Part shown: one piece after another, positions 38,676 to 47,347 of the stretch
How the letters are laid out: each line of letters begins with the position of its first letter
How positions within the stretch are numbered: the first letter of the stretch is position 1
Source: a virus
Lineage: Duplodnaviria; Heunggongvirae; Uroviricota; Caudoviricetes
Length of the DNA stretch: 47,347 nucleotides
Reading direction: 5' to 3' (one strand)
Virus record (IMG/VR): IMGVR_UViG_2737471835_000007
Translations under genes and position numbers: made by a program
The notes under the pieces: model-generated
What the model was told of the DNA's origin: nothing
What the model saw: the letters and a program-made list of their open reading frames with translations, nothing else
The model's database searches: none

Positions 38676-39098
38676 TTAATGAACAACAACAGAATCGCCG
38701 GACGAACCACCGCCGCTGAAATGCGCTTTCCGGTAAACGGCCTGGACTGCATCATCATGCGCATCAATTGCCGTACTTAACGCTTCCTGCGCCGCCAGTA
38801 ATGCACGGCGTTCCAGGGTATCGAAGATGCAGAGTCGGTGACGCAACTCGCGCGGAAGGATTGCCAGAATTGCTGGGATCAGCTTCTGAATTTTTTCTCT
38901 TTGCGTTTTCGTTTCACCTTTCAACCAACGGTGATAGATATTCTGCTGATTGTTCCAGTCCTTGCCTGGAACCAGGGGCAATTCGCCGCCCCCCTGGCGC
39001 AGATATTCTTCAGTAATTGCATTGGCTACCCATGCCTGCCCTTTTTCGGCTGCCAGGGCAAACAACACTGATTCGATGTGCTCATGCTTGATTTTCAT
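38676..39098 (-). CDS. ydaT: YdaT-like protein (Rac immunity-region toxin partner)
   Basis: 140 aa downstream of the YdaS-like gene and divergent from the RacR-like repressor, as in Rac. Confidence 0.7.
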   Translation of the reverse strand: MKIKHEHIESVLFALAAEKGQAWVANAITEEYLRQGGGELPLVPGKDWNNQQNIYHRWLKGETKTQREKIQKLIPAILAILPRELRHRLCIFDTLERRALLAAQEALSTAIDAHDDAVQAVYRKAHFSGGGSSGDSVVVH

Positions 39099-39120
39099 GA
39101 ATCATTTGCCTCTTGATGTT

Positions 39121-39417
39121 TCAGGTATGATCAAATGAGGATTTGTTACTGTCATTTAGTTGCTTCACTGACATATTCTGCGAACAACATGCCGAACGTC
39201 GTAAATATGACCAGTCAATATCAGGACGAAGCTCTTCGCACAGAACCTCACCTCTTGTTGCTCGTTCAATTGCTGGACATCTCTCGGCAGGCAATTGACG
39301 TACCCCTTTGATCCATTGATTTACGCTTGGAGGTGATACACCTAAAAGCCTAGCCATTGCTGATTGCCCACCAACAACAGCACAAGCTTGCTTGAATGAA
39401 TAGTTCTCTTTTTTCAT
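39121..39417 (-). CDS. ydaS: YdaS-like Cro/HTH protein
   Basis: 98 aa with HTH ...SAMARLLGVSPPSVNQWIKG; divergent from the repressor-like gene. Confidence 0.75.
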   Translation of the reverse strand: MKKENYSFKQACAVVGGQSAMARLLGVSPPSVNQWIKGVRQLPAERCPAIERATRGEVLCEELRPDIDWSYLRRSACCSQNMSVKQLNDSNKSSFDHT

Positions 39418-39540
39418 CGAATGAACTCCAAAAACACACAGAAATATTAGGCGACGCCTAACATAAATGTCAATAGGCTATGCCTAATGCGATAAAGGTA
39501 GGGATTGCCTAATGCAATGAGCATAGGAGAATATTAAGCA
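39418..39540. promoter_or_regulatory. divergent promoter/operator region with TTAGGC-type repeats
   Basis: Near-palindrome ATTAGGCGACGCCTAA plus further GCCTAATGC repeats between divergent genes; related TAGGCAT motifs again at about 40100-40160. Confidence 0.5.
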
Positions 39541-40017
39541 ATGCTTAGTGGTAAAGACTTAGGCCGAGCGATAGAGCAGGCCATTAACAAAAAAATCGCA
39601 TCGGGATCCGTCAAATCAAAGGCGGAGGTCGCACGCCACTTCAAAATCCAACCACCATCAATTTATGACTGGATTAAGAAAGGCTCCATAAGTAAAGATA
39701 AACTTCCAGAATTATGGCGTTTCTTTTCTGATGTTGTTGGTCCAGAGCATTGGGGGCTTAACGAATACCCCATACCAACCCCCACCAATTCAGATACAAA
39801 AAGTGAACTTTTAGATATAAACAACCTTTATCAAGCAGCCTCTGATGAAATAAGAGCGATTGTAGCTTTCCTGTTATCTGGAAATGCTACAGAACCAGAT
39901 TGGGTTGACCACGATGTTCGCGCCTACATAGCAGCGATGGAAATGAAAGTGGGTAAGTATCTGAAAGCTCTAGAATCTGAACGGAAAAGCCAGAACATCA
40001 CAAAAACTGGAACTTAA
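39541..40017 (+). CDS. racR: RacR-like prophage repressor
   Basis: 158 aa, N-terminal HTH; divergent from the ydaS/ydaT-like pair. Confidence 0.65.
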   Translation: MLSGKDLGRAIEQAINKKIASGSVKSKAEVARHFKIQPPSIYDWIKKGSISKDKLPELWRFFSDVVGPEHWGLNEYPIPTPTNSDTKSELLDINNLYQAASDEIRAIVAFLLSGNATEPDWVDHDVRAYIAAMEMKVGKYLKALESERKSQNITKTGT

Positions 40018-40324
40018 ACTTATATGGTCTGACGGAAAACTCCTGGATTCCGTTATTTAACCCCCCATCACTTTCTCCTGTCGCCATCACCTATTAGGTT
40101 ACACCCAAAACATTAGGCATAGCCTATTGACAATCAATTAGGCATTACCTATAGTTCCAGCATACCACCCACCCCGCCCCACAGAACGCCGGGCAATACT
40201 TCGAGTTACCAGGCAGTGGTAAGGGGTTAAGTAGCCAGCCCGAGGCGTATGAACATGACGGCGGGATTCAAATTTTGCAGTGCAGCAGTTAGTTCCGCCA
40301 CCCGGCGTTAAGGGGAGAGATAAG

Positions 40325-40459
40325 ATGGTGCATTACGAAGTAGTTCAGTATTTGATGGATTGTTGCGATATCACTTACAGCCAGGCTGTACAGGCTCTAC
40401 GCAGCAACGACTGGGATCTCTGGCAGGCAGAAGCCTCTATCCGCAACAACAAAATGTGA
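40325..40459 (+). CDS. small protein (YdaF-like)
   Basis: 44-aa ORF MVHYEVVQYLMDCCDITYSQAVQALRSNDWDLWQAEASIRNNKM; below the ORF-track length cutoff. Confidence 0.4.
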   Translation: MVHYEVVQYLMDCCDITYSQAVQALRSNDWDLWQAEASIRNNKM

Positions 40460-40469
40460 GGTGCGAAAA

Positions 40470-40622
40470 ATGCAAAAAATCGACCTCGGCAATAACGAAT
40501 CCCTGGTGTGCGGCGTGTTCCCCAACCAGGATGGAACGTTCACCGCCATGACGTATACCAAAAGCAAGACATTCAAAACTGAAACGGGCGCACGTCGCTG
40601 GCTTGCCAGAAATACTTGCTAA
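40470..40622 (+). CDS. small protein (YdaG-like)
   Basis: 50-aa ORF MQKIDLGNNESLVCGVFPNQDGTFTAMTYTKSKTFKTETGARRWLARNTC. Confidence 0.4.
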   Translation: MQKIDLGNNESLVCGVFPNQDGTFTAMTYTKSKTFKTETGARRWLARNTC

Positions 40623-41042
40623 TCCATTATTTGGATTAATTCAATATTCTCGCTGTAGGGGTATAGCAGAAACCACCAAAGCCCGGAGGTGGTGAAATAA
40701 AACCGGGCACAACACGAAGTCGCATTTCCGATATCCATAAAGAGTCGGTCTTGTCTGTTAAATTTAAATGGTGGGAGTGCGCCTCCGGTTGTGGATAACA
40801 ACACTGCTGTGTGTAGTCTTGGCGGCATCAGTTTTTTCTTGAAGTTCGACTGATGTCCGCCCTTTTTAAAGTGAATTTTGTGATGCGGTGAATGCGGCTA
40901 AGCGCACGCGGCACAGTTAAAAGTCATGTTAGTCCTTATTGGTTTGGGTGGGAAAGCCGACTGTAATTGTTAACTGGTTGCAGTCACCTGGAGGCACTAG
41001 GCACCGCATCAACAAAGTTCATTTGTAAAAATGGAGATAATT

Positions 41043-41264
41043 ATGATTGCACATCACTTCGGAACTGATGAAATACCACGTCAGTGTGTGACTCCTGGTG
41101 ACTATATTCTTCATGAAGGCCGGACATATATTGCCTCGGCAAACAATATTAAAAAGCGAAAACTTTATATTCGTAACCTGACTACAAAAACATGCATTAC
41201 TGACTGCATGATTAAAGTCTTCCTCGGTCGTGATGGTTTACCTGTAAAGGCGGAGTCATGGTGA
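41043..41264 (+). CDS. kilR: KilR-like cell division inhibitor
   Basis: 73 aa from [16 protein letters not shown]; position upstream of racC/recET as in Rac. Confidence 0.65.
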   Translation: MIAHHFGTDEIPRQCVTPGDYILHEGRTYIASANNIKKRKLYIRNLTTKTCITDCMIKVFLGRDGLPVKAESW

Positions 41265-41434
41265 TGACTAAGAAAATAAAATGTGCTTACCACCTTTGCA
41301 ATAAAGAAATTGAAGAAAGCAAAAGTATTAAAAGACCACTTCATTTCATGCGTGGAGTTATCCCAACGACGGAAATGAAAAAATATTGTAGTGAAAGTTG
41401 TGCCGAAAAAGACCAGATGGCACACGAACTTTAA
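41264..41434 (+). CDS. zinc-ribbon small protein (YdaE-like)
   Basis: 56 aa with two Cys pairs (CAYHLC ... CSESC); start overlaps the kilR stop. Confidence 0.45.
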   Translation: MTKKIKCAYHLCNKEIEESKSIKRPLHFMRGVIPTTEMKKYCSESCAEKDQMAHEL

Positions 41435-41508
41435 TTAACTGACTATTCGAAACTGAATTTATGCCAGCAATGGCAGGGATTCGCTCAACCTTAATTAAGG
41501 AGAAAAAC

Positions 41509-41784
41509 ATGATTACCAATTATGAAGCCACTGTTGTAACTACCGATGACATTGTTCACGAGGTTAATCTGGAAGGAAAGCGTATTGGCTACGTGATTAA
41601 AACAGAAAATAAAGAAACCCCATTCACTGTGGTTGATATCGACGGTCCATCAGGCAACGTAAAAACACTTGATGAAGGTGTCACAAAAATGTGCCTGGTT
41701 CACATCGGAAAGAATCTGCCCGCAGAAAAAAAAGCCGGATTTCTGGCAACTCTGATTGCAATGAAATTAGGCGGTGAAATCTGA
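41509..41784 (+). CDS. racC: RacC-like protein
   Basis: 91 aa from MITNYEATVV with AAGGAG ribosome-binding site; immediately upstream of recE. Confidence 0.6.
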   Translation: MITNYEATVVTTDDIVHEVNLEGKRIGYVIKTENKETPFTVVDIDGPSGNVKTLDEGVTKMCLVHIGKNLPAEKKAGFLATLIAMKLGGEI

Positions 41785-41885
41785 AAGAAATAGCCTGCGC
41801 CATACGCAGGCTATGAACAGTGTGTATCCGGCAAGATCATTCACTGAACAAAACGAATTTTAATCTGAGTTGAGGTTAAAAAACA

Positions 41886-44537
41886 ATGAGCACAAAACCA
41901 CTCTTCCTGTTACGGAAAGCGAAAAAATCATCCGGTGAACCTGACGTCGTCCTGTGGGCAAGCGACGATTTTGAATCGACCTGTGCCACTCTGGACTACC
42001 TGCTCGTTAAGTCAGGTAAAAAACTGAGCAGCTATTTTAAACCTGTTGCCACGAATTTTCCTGTCGTTAATGACCTTCCCCCTGAAGGTGAGATCGATTT
42101 TACCTGGAGTGAACGCTATCAACTCAGCAAAGACTCAATGACCTGGGAACTAAAACCGGGAGCAGCGCCAGACGACGTTCACCACCAGGATAATGCTCAA
42201 GAAACCAAAGAACTGGCGGGAGGCCAGGAAGAAAACGCGCAGGCAGACGCCCACGAGGATTGCCAGGATTGCGAAGTCTCTGTAGCCACTTTGCGGTTCA
42301 CACAGCGTCTTCTGCACATTTTTACGTATGCAGCCGGGGATCGGAAATACCTGCATCATGCCACCCGTGAACAACGCAAACACATTACTGCTCTTGAGAT
42401 GGATCAGGAAAACAGCTATGTCCAGAATCTGCTGTTGGCCATACGCAGCATGGCAGAACCGACAACTCTGGATAATGCCGCCCTGCTCCGCCTGACTGAT
42501 GCAATTAAGGCAGTGTTCTCTATCACGAAAAAACATCAGCCCTATGAATTTAAGAATTTCATTTCAGCCTGGCTGGATACCGAACACATTGATCGCGATC
42601 TTCTGACAAAAGAATGGCGAAAAGGAAATCGTGTTTCACGCATCACGCGCACGGCTTCCGGCGCTAATGCTGGCGGCGGGAACCTCACCGATCGCGGCGA
42701 AGGTTTCGTTCACGATCTGACGTCACTGGCGCGCGACGTAGCCACTGGCGTACTGGCTCGTTCAATGGACGTGGACATTTATAACCTTCATCCGGCACAC
42801 GCTAAACGTGTCGAGGAAATTATCGCTGAAAATAAACCACCCTTTTCTGTTTTCCGCGACAAATTCATCACCATGCCTGGTGGGCTGGATTATTCCCGCG
42901 CCATCGTGGTTGCGTCCGTAAAAGAAGCACCAATTGGGATCGAGGTCATCCCCGCACACGTCACTGAATATCTGAACAAAGTACTGACTGAAACCGATCA
43001 TGCCAACCCTGATCCGGAAATCGTGGATATTGCCTGCGGTCGCTCCTCGGCCCCGATGCCGCAGCGAGTAACAGAAGAAGGAAAACAGGACGATGAAGAA
43101 AAACCACAACCATCTGGCGCAATGGCAGATGAACAGGCAACGGCTGAAACAGTGGAACCGAATGCAACTGAACATCATCAGAACACGCAGCCGCTGGATG
43201 CTCAGTCACAGGTAAATTCTGTTGATGCGAAATATCAGGAACTGCGGGCAGAACTCCAGGAAGCCCGGAAAAACATTCCATCAAAAAATCCTGTCGATGC
43301 CGATAAATTGCTTGCTGCATCACGTGGTGAATTTGTTGACGGAATTAGCGACCCGAACGATCCGAAATGGGTTAAGGGGATCCAGACTCGCGATTCTGTG
43401 TACCAGAACCAGCCAGAAACGGAAAAAATCAGCCCGGATGCGAAACAACCTGAGCCAGTAGTGCAACAGGAACCGGAAATAGTCTGCAATGCCTGCGGTC
43501 AGACTGGCGGGGATAACTGCCCTGACTGTGGTGCGGTGATGGGCGACGCAACATACCAGGAAACATTCGGTGAAGAGAATCAGGTTGAAGCTAAGGAAAA
43601 AGATCCGGAGGAAATGGAAGGCGCTGAACATCCGCACAATGAGAATGCTGGCAGCGATCCGCATCGCGATTGCAGTGATGAAACTGGCGAAGTCGCAGAT
43701 CCCGTAATCGTAGAAGACATAGAGCCAGGTATTTATTACGGAATTTCGAATGAGAATTACCACGCGGGTCCCGGTGTCAGTAAGTCTCAGCTCGATGACA
43801 TTGCTGATACTCCGGCACTGTATTTGTGGCGTAAAAATGCCCCCGTGGACACTACAAAGACAAAAACGCTCGATTTAGGAACCGCTTTCCACTGCCGGGT
43901 ACTTGAACCGGAAGAATTCAGTAACCGCTTTATCGTAGCACCTGAATTTAACCGCCGTACAAACGCCGGAAAAGAAGAAGAGAAAGCGTTTCTGATGGAA
44001 TGCGCAAGCACAGGAAAAACGGTTATCACTGCGGAAGAAGGCCGGAAAATTGAACTCATGTATCAAAGCGTTATGGCTTTGCCGCTGGGGCAATGGCTTG
44101 TTGAAAGCGCCGGACACGCTGAATCATCAATTTACTGGGAAGATCCGGAAACAGGAATTTTGTGTCGGTGCCGTCCGGACAAAATTATTCCTGAATTTCA
44201 CTGGATCATGGACGTGAAAACCACAGCGGATATTCAACGATTCAAAACGGCTTATTACGACTACCGCTATCACGTTCAGGATGCATTCTACAGTGACGGT
44301 TATGAAGCACAGTTTGGTGTGCAGCCAACTTTCGTTTTTCTGGTTGCCAGCACAACTGTTGAATGCGGACGTTATCCGGTTGAGATTTTCATGATGGGCG
44401 AAGAAGCAAAACTGGCAGGCCAGCAGGAATATCACCGCAATCTGCGGACCCTGGCTGACTGCCTAAATACCGATGAATGGCCAGCTATTAAGACGTTATC
44501 ACTGCCCCGCTGGGCTAAGGAGTATGCAAATGACTAA
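41886..44537 (+). CDS. recE: exonuclease VIII RecE
   Basis: 883 aa; C-terminal PD-(D/E)xK exonuclease-type region; 8-nt overlap with recT start, the canonical recET arrangement. Confidence 0.85.
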   Translation: MSTKPLFLLRKAKKSSGEPDVVLWASDDFESTCATLDYLLVKSGKKLSSYFKPVATNFPVVNDLPPEGEIDFTWSERYQLSKDSMTWELKPGAAPDDVHHQDNAQETKELAGGQEENAQADAHEDCQDCEVSVATLRFTQRLLHIFTYAAGDRKYLHHATREQRKHITALEMDQENSYVQNLLLAIRSMAEPTTLDNAALLRLTDAIKAVFSITKKHQPYEFKNFISAWLDTEHIDRDLLTKEWRKGNRVSRITRTASGANAGGGNLTDRGEGFVHDLTSLARDVATGVLARSMDVDIYNLHPAHAKRVEEIIAENKPPFSVFRDKFITMPGGLDYSRAIVVASVKEAPIGIEVIPAHVTEYLNKVLTETDHANPDPEIVDIACGRSSAPMPQRVTEEGKQDDEEKPQPSGAMADEQATAETVEPNATEHHQNTQPLDAQSQVNSVDAKYQELRAELQEARKNIPSKNPVDADKLLAASRGEFVDGISDPNDPKWVKGIQTRDSVYQNQPETEKISPDAKQPEPVVQQEPEIVCNACGQTGGDNCPDCGAVMGDATYQETFGEENQVEAKEKDPEEMEGAEHPHNENAGSDPHRDCSDETGEVADPVIVEDIEPGIYYGISNENYHAGPGVSKSQLDDIADTPALYLWRKNAPVDTTKTKTLDLGTAFHCRVLEPEEFSNRFIVAPEFNRRTNAGKEEEKAFLMECASTGKTVITAEEGRKIELMYQSVMALPLGQWLVESAGHAESSIYWEDPETGILCRCRPDKIIPEFHWIMDVKTTADIQRFKTAYYDYRYHVQDAFYSDGYEAQFGVQPTFVFLVASTTVECGRYPVEIFMMGEEAKLAGQQEYHRNLRTLADCLNTDEWPAIKTLSLPRWAKEYAND

Positions 44538-45363
44538 GCAACCACCTATCGCAAAAGCCGATCTGCAAAAAACTCAGGGAAACCGTGCACCAGCAGCAGT
44601 TAACGATAAGGATGTGCTGTGCGTGATTAACAGCCCGGCAATGAAAGCGCAACTGGCAGCAGCTCTGCCACGTCACATGACAGCGGAACGCATGATCCGC
44701 ATTGCTACAACAGAAATCCGTAAAGTACCGGAACTAAGAAACTGTGACTCGACGAGTTTTATCGGTGCCATCGTACAGTGTTCACAGCTCGGACTTGAGC
44801 CAGGTAGCGCCCTCGGTCATGCATATCTGCTACCGTTCGGCAACGGAAAAGCAAAAAACGGTAAGAAGAACGTACAGCTGATCATCGGTTATCGCGGCAT
44901 GATCGACCTTGCCCGTCGATCAGGTCAAATCATCAGTCTGTCAGCTCGTGTTGTCCGTGAATGTGATGAATTCAGCTATGAACTTGGCCTTGATGAAAAA
45001 CTGGTTCATCGTCCCGGTGAAAACGAAGATGCCCCTATAACCCATGTCTATGCTGTTGCAAAACTGAAAGACGGAGGAGTGCAGTTTGAAGTCATGACCC
45101 GCAAACAGGTAGAAAAAGTTCGCGACACACACAGCAAGGCGGCAAAAAACGCAGCGTCAAAAGGGGCGTCGTCCATCTGGGATGAACACTTTGAAGACAT
45201 GGCCAAAAAGACAGTGATACGAAAACTGTTCAAGTATCTGCCGGTATCTATTGAAATCCAGCGTGCAGTATCGATGGATGGAAAAGAGGTGGAAACAATT
45301 AATCCAGACGACATATCGGTTATAGCCGGGGAATACAGTGTAATCGATAATCCAGAAGAATAA
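44530..45363 (+). CDS. recT: recombinase RecT
   Basis: Start [13 protein letters not shown]; RecT-family motifs ...[15 protein letters not shown]...[15 protein letters not shown]... Confidence 0.9.
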   Translation: MTKQPPIAKADLQKTQGNRAPAAVNDKDVLCVINSPAMKAQLAAALPRHMTAERMIRIATTEIRKVPELRNCDSTSFIGAIVQCSQLGLEPGSALGHAYLLPFGNGKAKNGKKNVQLIIGYRGMIDLARRSGQIISLSARVVRECDEFSYELGLDEKLVHRPGENEDAPITHVYAVAKLKDGGVQFEVMTRKQVEKVRDTHSKAAKNAASKGASSIWDEHFEDMAKKTVIRKLFKYLPVSIEIQRAVSMDGKEVETINPDDISVIAGEYSVIDNPEE

Positions 45364-45407
45364 TCCAGCCCGGCGGTGTAATGCACCGCCAACGTGAGAT
45401 AGTTTTT

Positions 45408-45614
45408 ATGACAAAAACTTTGAGATATGACGATGTTAAACCATGTCCGTTTTGTGGTTGTCCATCAGTAACGGTGAAAGACATTTCAGGATATTACCGG
45501 GCAAAATGCAACGGATGCGAATCCCGAACTGGCTATGGTGGAAGTGAAAAAGAAGCGCTCGAAAGATGGAATAAACGAACCACTGAAAATATTAATGGAG
45601 GCGTTCATGTATAA
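45408..45614 (+). CDS. ralR: restriction alleviation protein Lar/RalR-like
   Basis: 68 aa from MTKTLRYDDVKPCPFCG; Cys-rich small protein directly after recT as in Rac. Confidence 0.65.
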   Translation: MTKTLRYDDVKPCPFCGCPSVTVKDISGYYRAKCNGCESRTGYGGSEKEALERWNKRTTENINGGVHV

Positions 45615-45795
45615 AATTACCGCTACAATTGAAAAGGAAGGTGGCACTCCTACTAACTGGACAAGATATTCAAAATCTAAACTAACGAAATCAGAATGCG
45701 AAAAAATGCTCTCAGGTAAAAAAGAAGCAGGCGTTTCCAGAGAGCAGAAAGTAAAACTGATAAATTTTAATTGCGAGAAACTTCAGTCCTCGTGA
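45607..45795 (+). CDS. small hypothetical protein (YdaC-like position)
   Basis: 62 aa from MYKITATIEK with GGAGG ribosome-binding site. Confidence 0.4.
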   Translation: MYKITATIEKEGGTPTNWTRYSKSKLTKSECEKMLSGKKEAGVSREQKVKLINFNCEKLQSS

Positions 45796-45894
45796 ATTGC
45801 ATTGTATTCAAATTAAAACTTCATAGCTGATTATAAATAATCAACATCAGGCGTCAATTTCAGTCTAACATTGGCGCCTGCCAGAGGTGATGCG

Positions 45895-46110
45895 ATGGCA
45901 CAAGTAATCTTTAATGAAGAGTGGATGGTTGAATACGGCCTGATGCTTCGCACTGGTCTGGGGGCCAGACAAATTGAAGCATATCGCCAGAACTGTTGGG
46001 TGGAGGGCTTCCACTTCAAACGAGTATCTCCTTTAGGTAAGCCAGACAGCAAACGAGGGATTATCTGGTACAACTATCCAAAGATAAATCAGTTTATCAA
46101 AGACTCATGA
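45895..46110 (+). CDS. xisR: excisionase
   Basis: 71 aa from [21 protein letters not shown]; immediately upstream of integrase. Confidence 0.65.
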   Translation: MAQVIFNEEWMVEYGLMLRTGLGARQIEAYRQNCWVEGFHFKRVSPLGKPDSKRGIIWYNYPKINQFIKDS

Positions 46111-46111
46111 T

Positions 46112-47347
46112 ATGTCTAAATTACCAACAGGTGTCGAGATTAGAGGTAGAAACATTCGCATCTGGTTCATGTTTCGAGGAAAACGATGTCGGGAAACATT
46201 AAAAGGCTGGGAGATTACAAACAGTAATATTAAAAAGGCCGGAAATTTAAGAGCGCTGATAGTTCATGAAATAAACTCCGGTGAATTTGAGTATTTAAGA
46301 CGTTTTCCCCAGTCCAGCACTGGGGCAAAAATGGTGACAACGAGAGTCATAAAAACGTTCGGGGAGCTTTGTGATATCTGGACAAAAATTAAAGAGACAG
46401 AGTTAACAACAAACACAATGAAGAAAACGAAATCACAATTAAAAACACTCAGAATAATAATTTGTGAAAGTACCCCGATATCATATATTCGTTATAGCGA
46501 TATCTTAAACTACCGGAATGAACTGCTGCATGGAGAAACGCTTTACCTGGATAATCCAAGATCCAACAAAAAAGGAAGAACCGTGCGCACAGTTGATAAC
46601 TATATCGCCCTGCTCTGTTCGCTGTTACGTTTTGCGTATCAGTCGGGATTTATATCAACCAAACCATTTGAAGGAGTAAAAAAATTACAGCGAAACAGAA
46701 TAAAGCCTGACCCGTTATCTAAAACAGAATTCAATGCATTAATGGAAAGTGAAAAAGGACAGAGCCAAAACTTGTGGAAATTTGCCGTTTACTCCGGGCT
46801 TCGTCACGGGGAACTGGCAGCTCTGGCGTGGGAGGATGTGGATTTCGAGAAGGGAATTGTGAATGTCAGAAGAAACCTGACGATACTTGATATGTTCGGT
46901 CCCCCAAAAACAAATGCCGGGATCCGGACGGTAACATTACTGCAGCCTGCTCTTGAAGCACTGAAGGAGCAATACAAACTGACCGGGCATCATCGCAAAA
47001 GCGAAATCACCTTTTATCATCGGGAGTACGGCAGAACCGAAAAGCAAAAACTGCATTTTGTTTTCATGCCAAGGGTGTGTAACGGAAAACAGAAACCTTA
47101 TTACTCGGTAAGCAGTTTGGGGGCAAGGTGGAATGCAGCAGTAAAACGTGCTGGTATTCGCCGCCGTAATCCGTACCATACGCGGCATACTTTTGCCTGC
47201 TGGCTGTTGACGGCAGGAGCGAACCCGGCATTTATAGCCAGCCAAATGGGGCATGAAACTGCGCAGATGGTGTATGAAATTTACGGTATGTGGATTGATG
47301 ACATGAACGACGAACAGATAGCCATGTTGAATGCGCGGTTATCGTAG
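46112..47347 (+). CDS. intR: tyrosine integrase (Rac IntR-like)
   Basis: 411 aa; C-terminal catalytic region with ...HTRHTFACWLLTAG...GHETAQMVYEIY; terminal gene of the prophage. Confidence 0.9.
   Translation: MSKLPTGVEIRGRNIRIWFMFRGKRCRETLKGWEITNSNIKKAGNLRALIVHEINSGEFEYLRRFPQSSTGAKMVTTRVIKTFGELCDIWTKIKETELTTNTMKKTKSQLKTLRIIICESTPISYIRYSDILNYRNELLHGETLYLDNPRSNKKGRTVRTVDNYIALLCSLLRFAYQSGFISTKPFEGVKKLQRNRIKPDPLSKTEFNALMESEKGQSQNLWKFAVYSGLRHGELAALAWEDVDFEKGIVNVRRNLTILDMFGPPKTNAGIRTVTLLQPALEALKEQYKLTGHHRKSEITFYHREYGRTEKQKLHFVFMPRVCNGKQKPYYSVSSLGARWNAAVKRAGIRRRNPYHTRHTFACWLLTAGANPAFIASQMGHETAQMVYEIYGMWIDDMNDEQIAMLNARLS

Noticed and set aside
40360-40551. 63-aa plus-strand ORF listed in the ORF track
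   Set aside because: Cys/Arg-rich odd composition; the same region is better explained by two short ORFs in other frames (40325-40459 and 40470-40622).

Overview
The window is almost entirely one mosaic temperate prophage of an Escherichia/Shigella-type host, and no chromosomal housekeeping genes are visible. The right third (33.6-47.3 kb, mostly + strand) is a Rac-like early region: KilA-N protein, replication genes O-like/P-like with an internal ori-like repeat cluster, the RacR/YdaS/YdaT immunity module, KilR, RacC, RecE/RecT, Lar, excisionase and a tyrosine integrase that ends at the window edge. The left two thirds (0.2-32.5 kb, - strand) are a lambdoid late operon: nin-like genes, a Q-like antiterminator with a tR'-like terminator, lysis cassette, terminase, a portal/scaffold/major-capsid head module, a contractile-tail module with tape measure and baseplate, tail fibre and Tfa. 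Cargo genes sit at classic moron positions: (1) a self-contained PD-(D/E)xK (HsdR-N-like) nuclease-domain gene with its own promoter region and terminator between two baseplate genes, my best candidate for an undescribed anti-phage or exclusion function; (2) an AppY-like AraC regulator between Q and the lysis genes; (3) a hok/sok-type type I toxin locus plus an unassigned 28-aa hydrophobic ORF; (4) a ParB-like nuclease paired with a DxD-motif enzyme ahead of terminase; (5) a YadA-like trimeric autotransporter adhesin with 78-bp tandem repeats at the left end. All calls rest on reading the ORF translations and on recalled family signatures; no database search was run.
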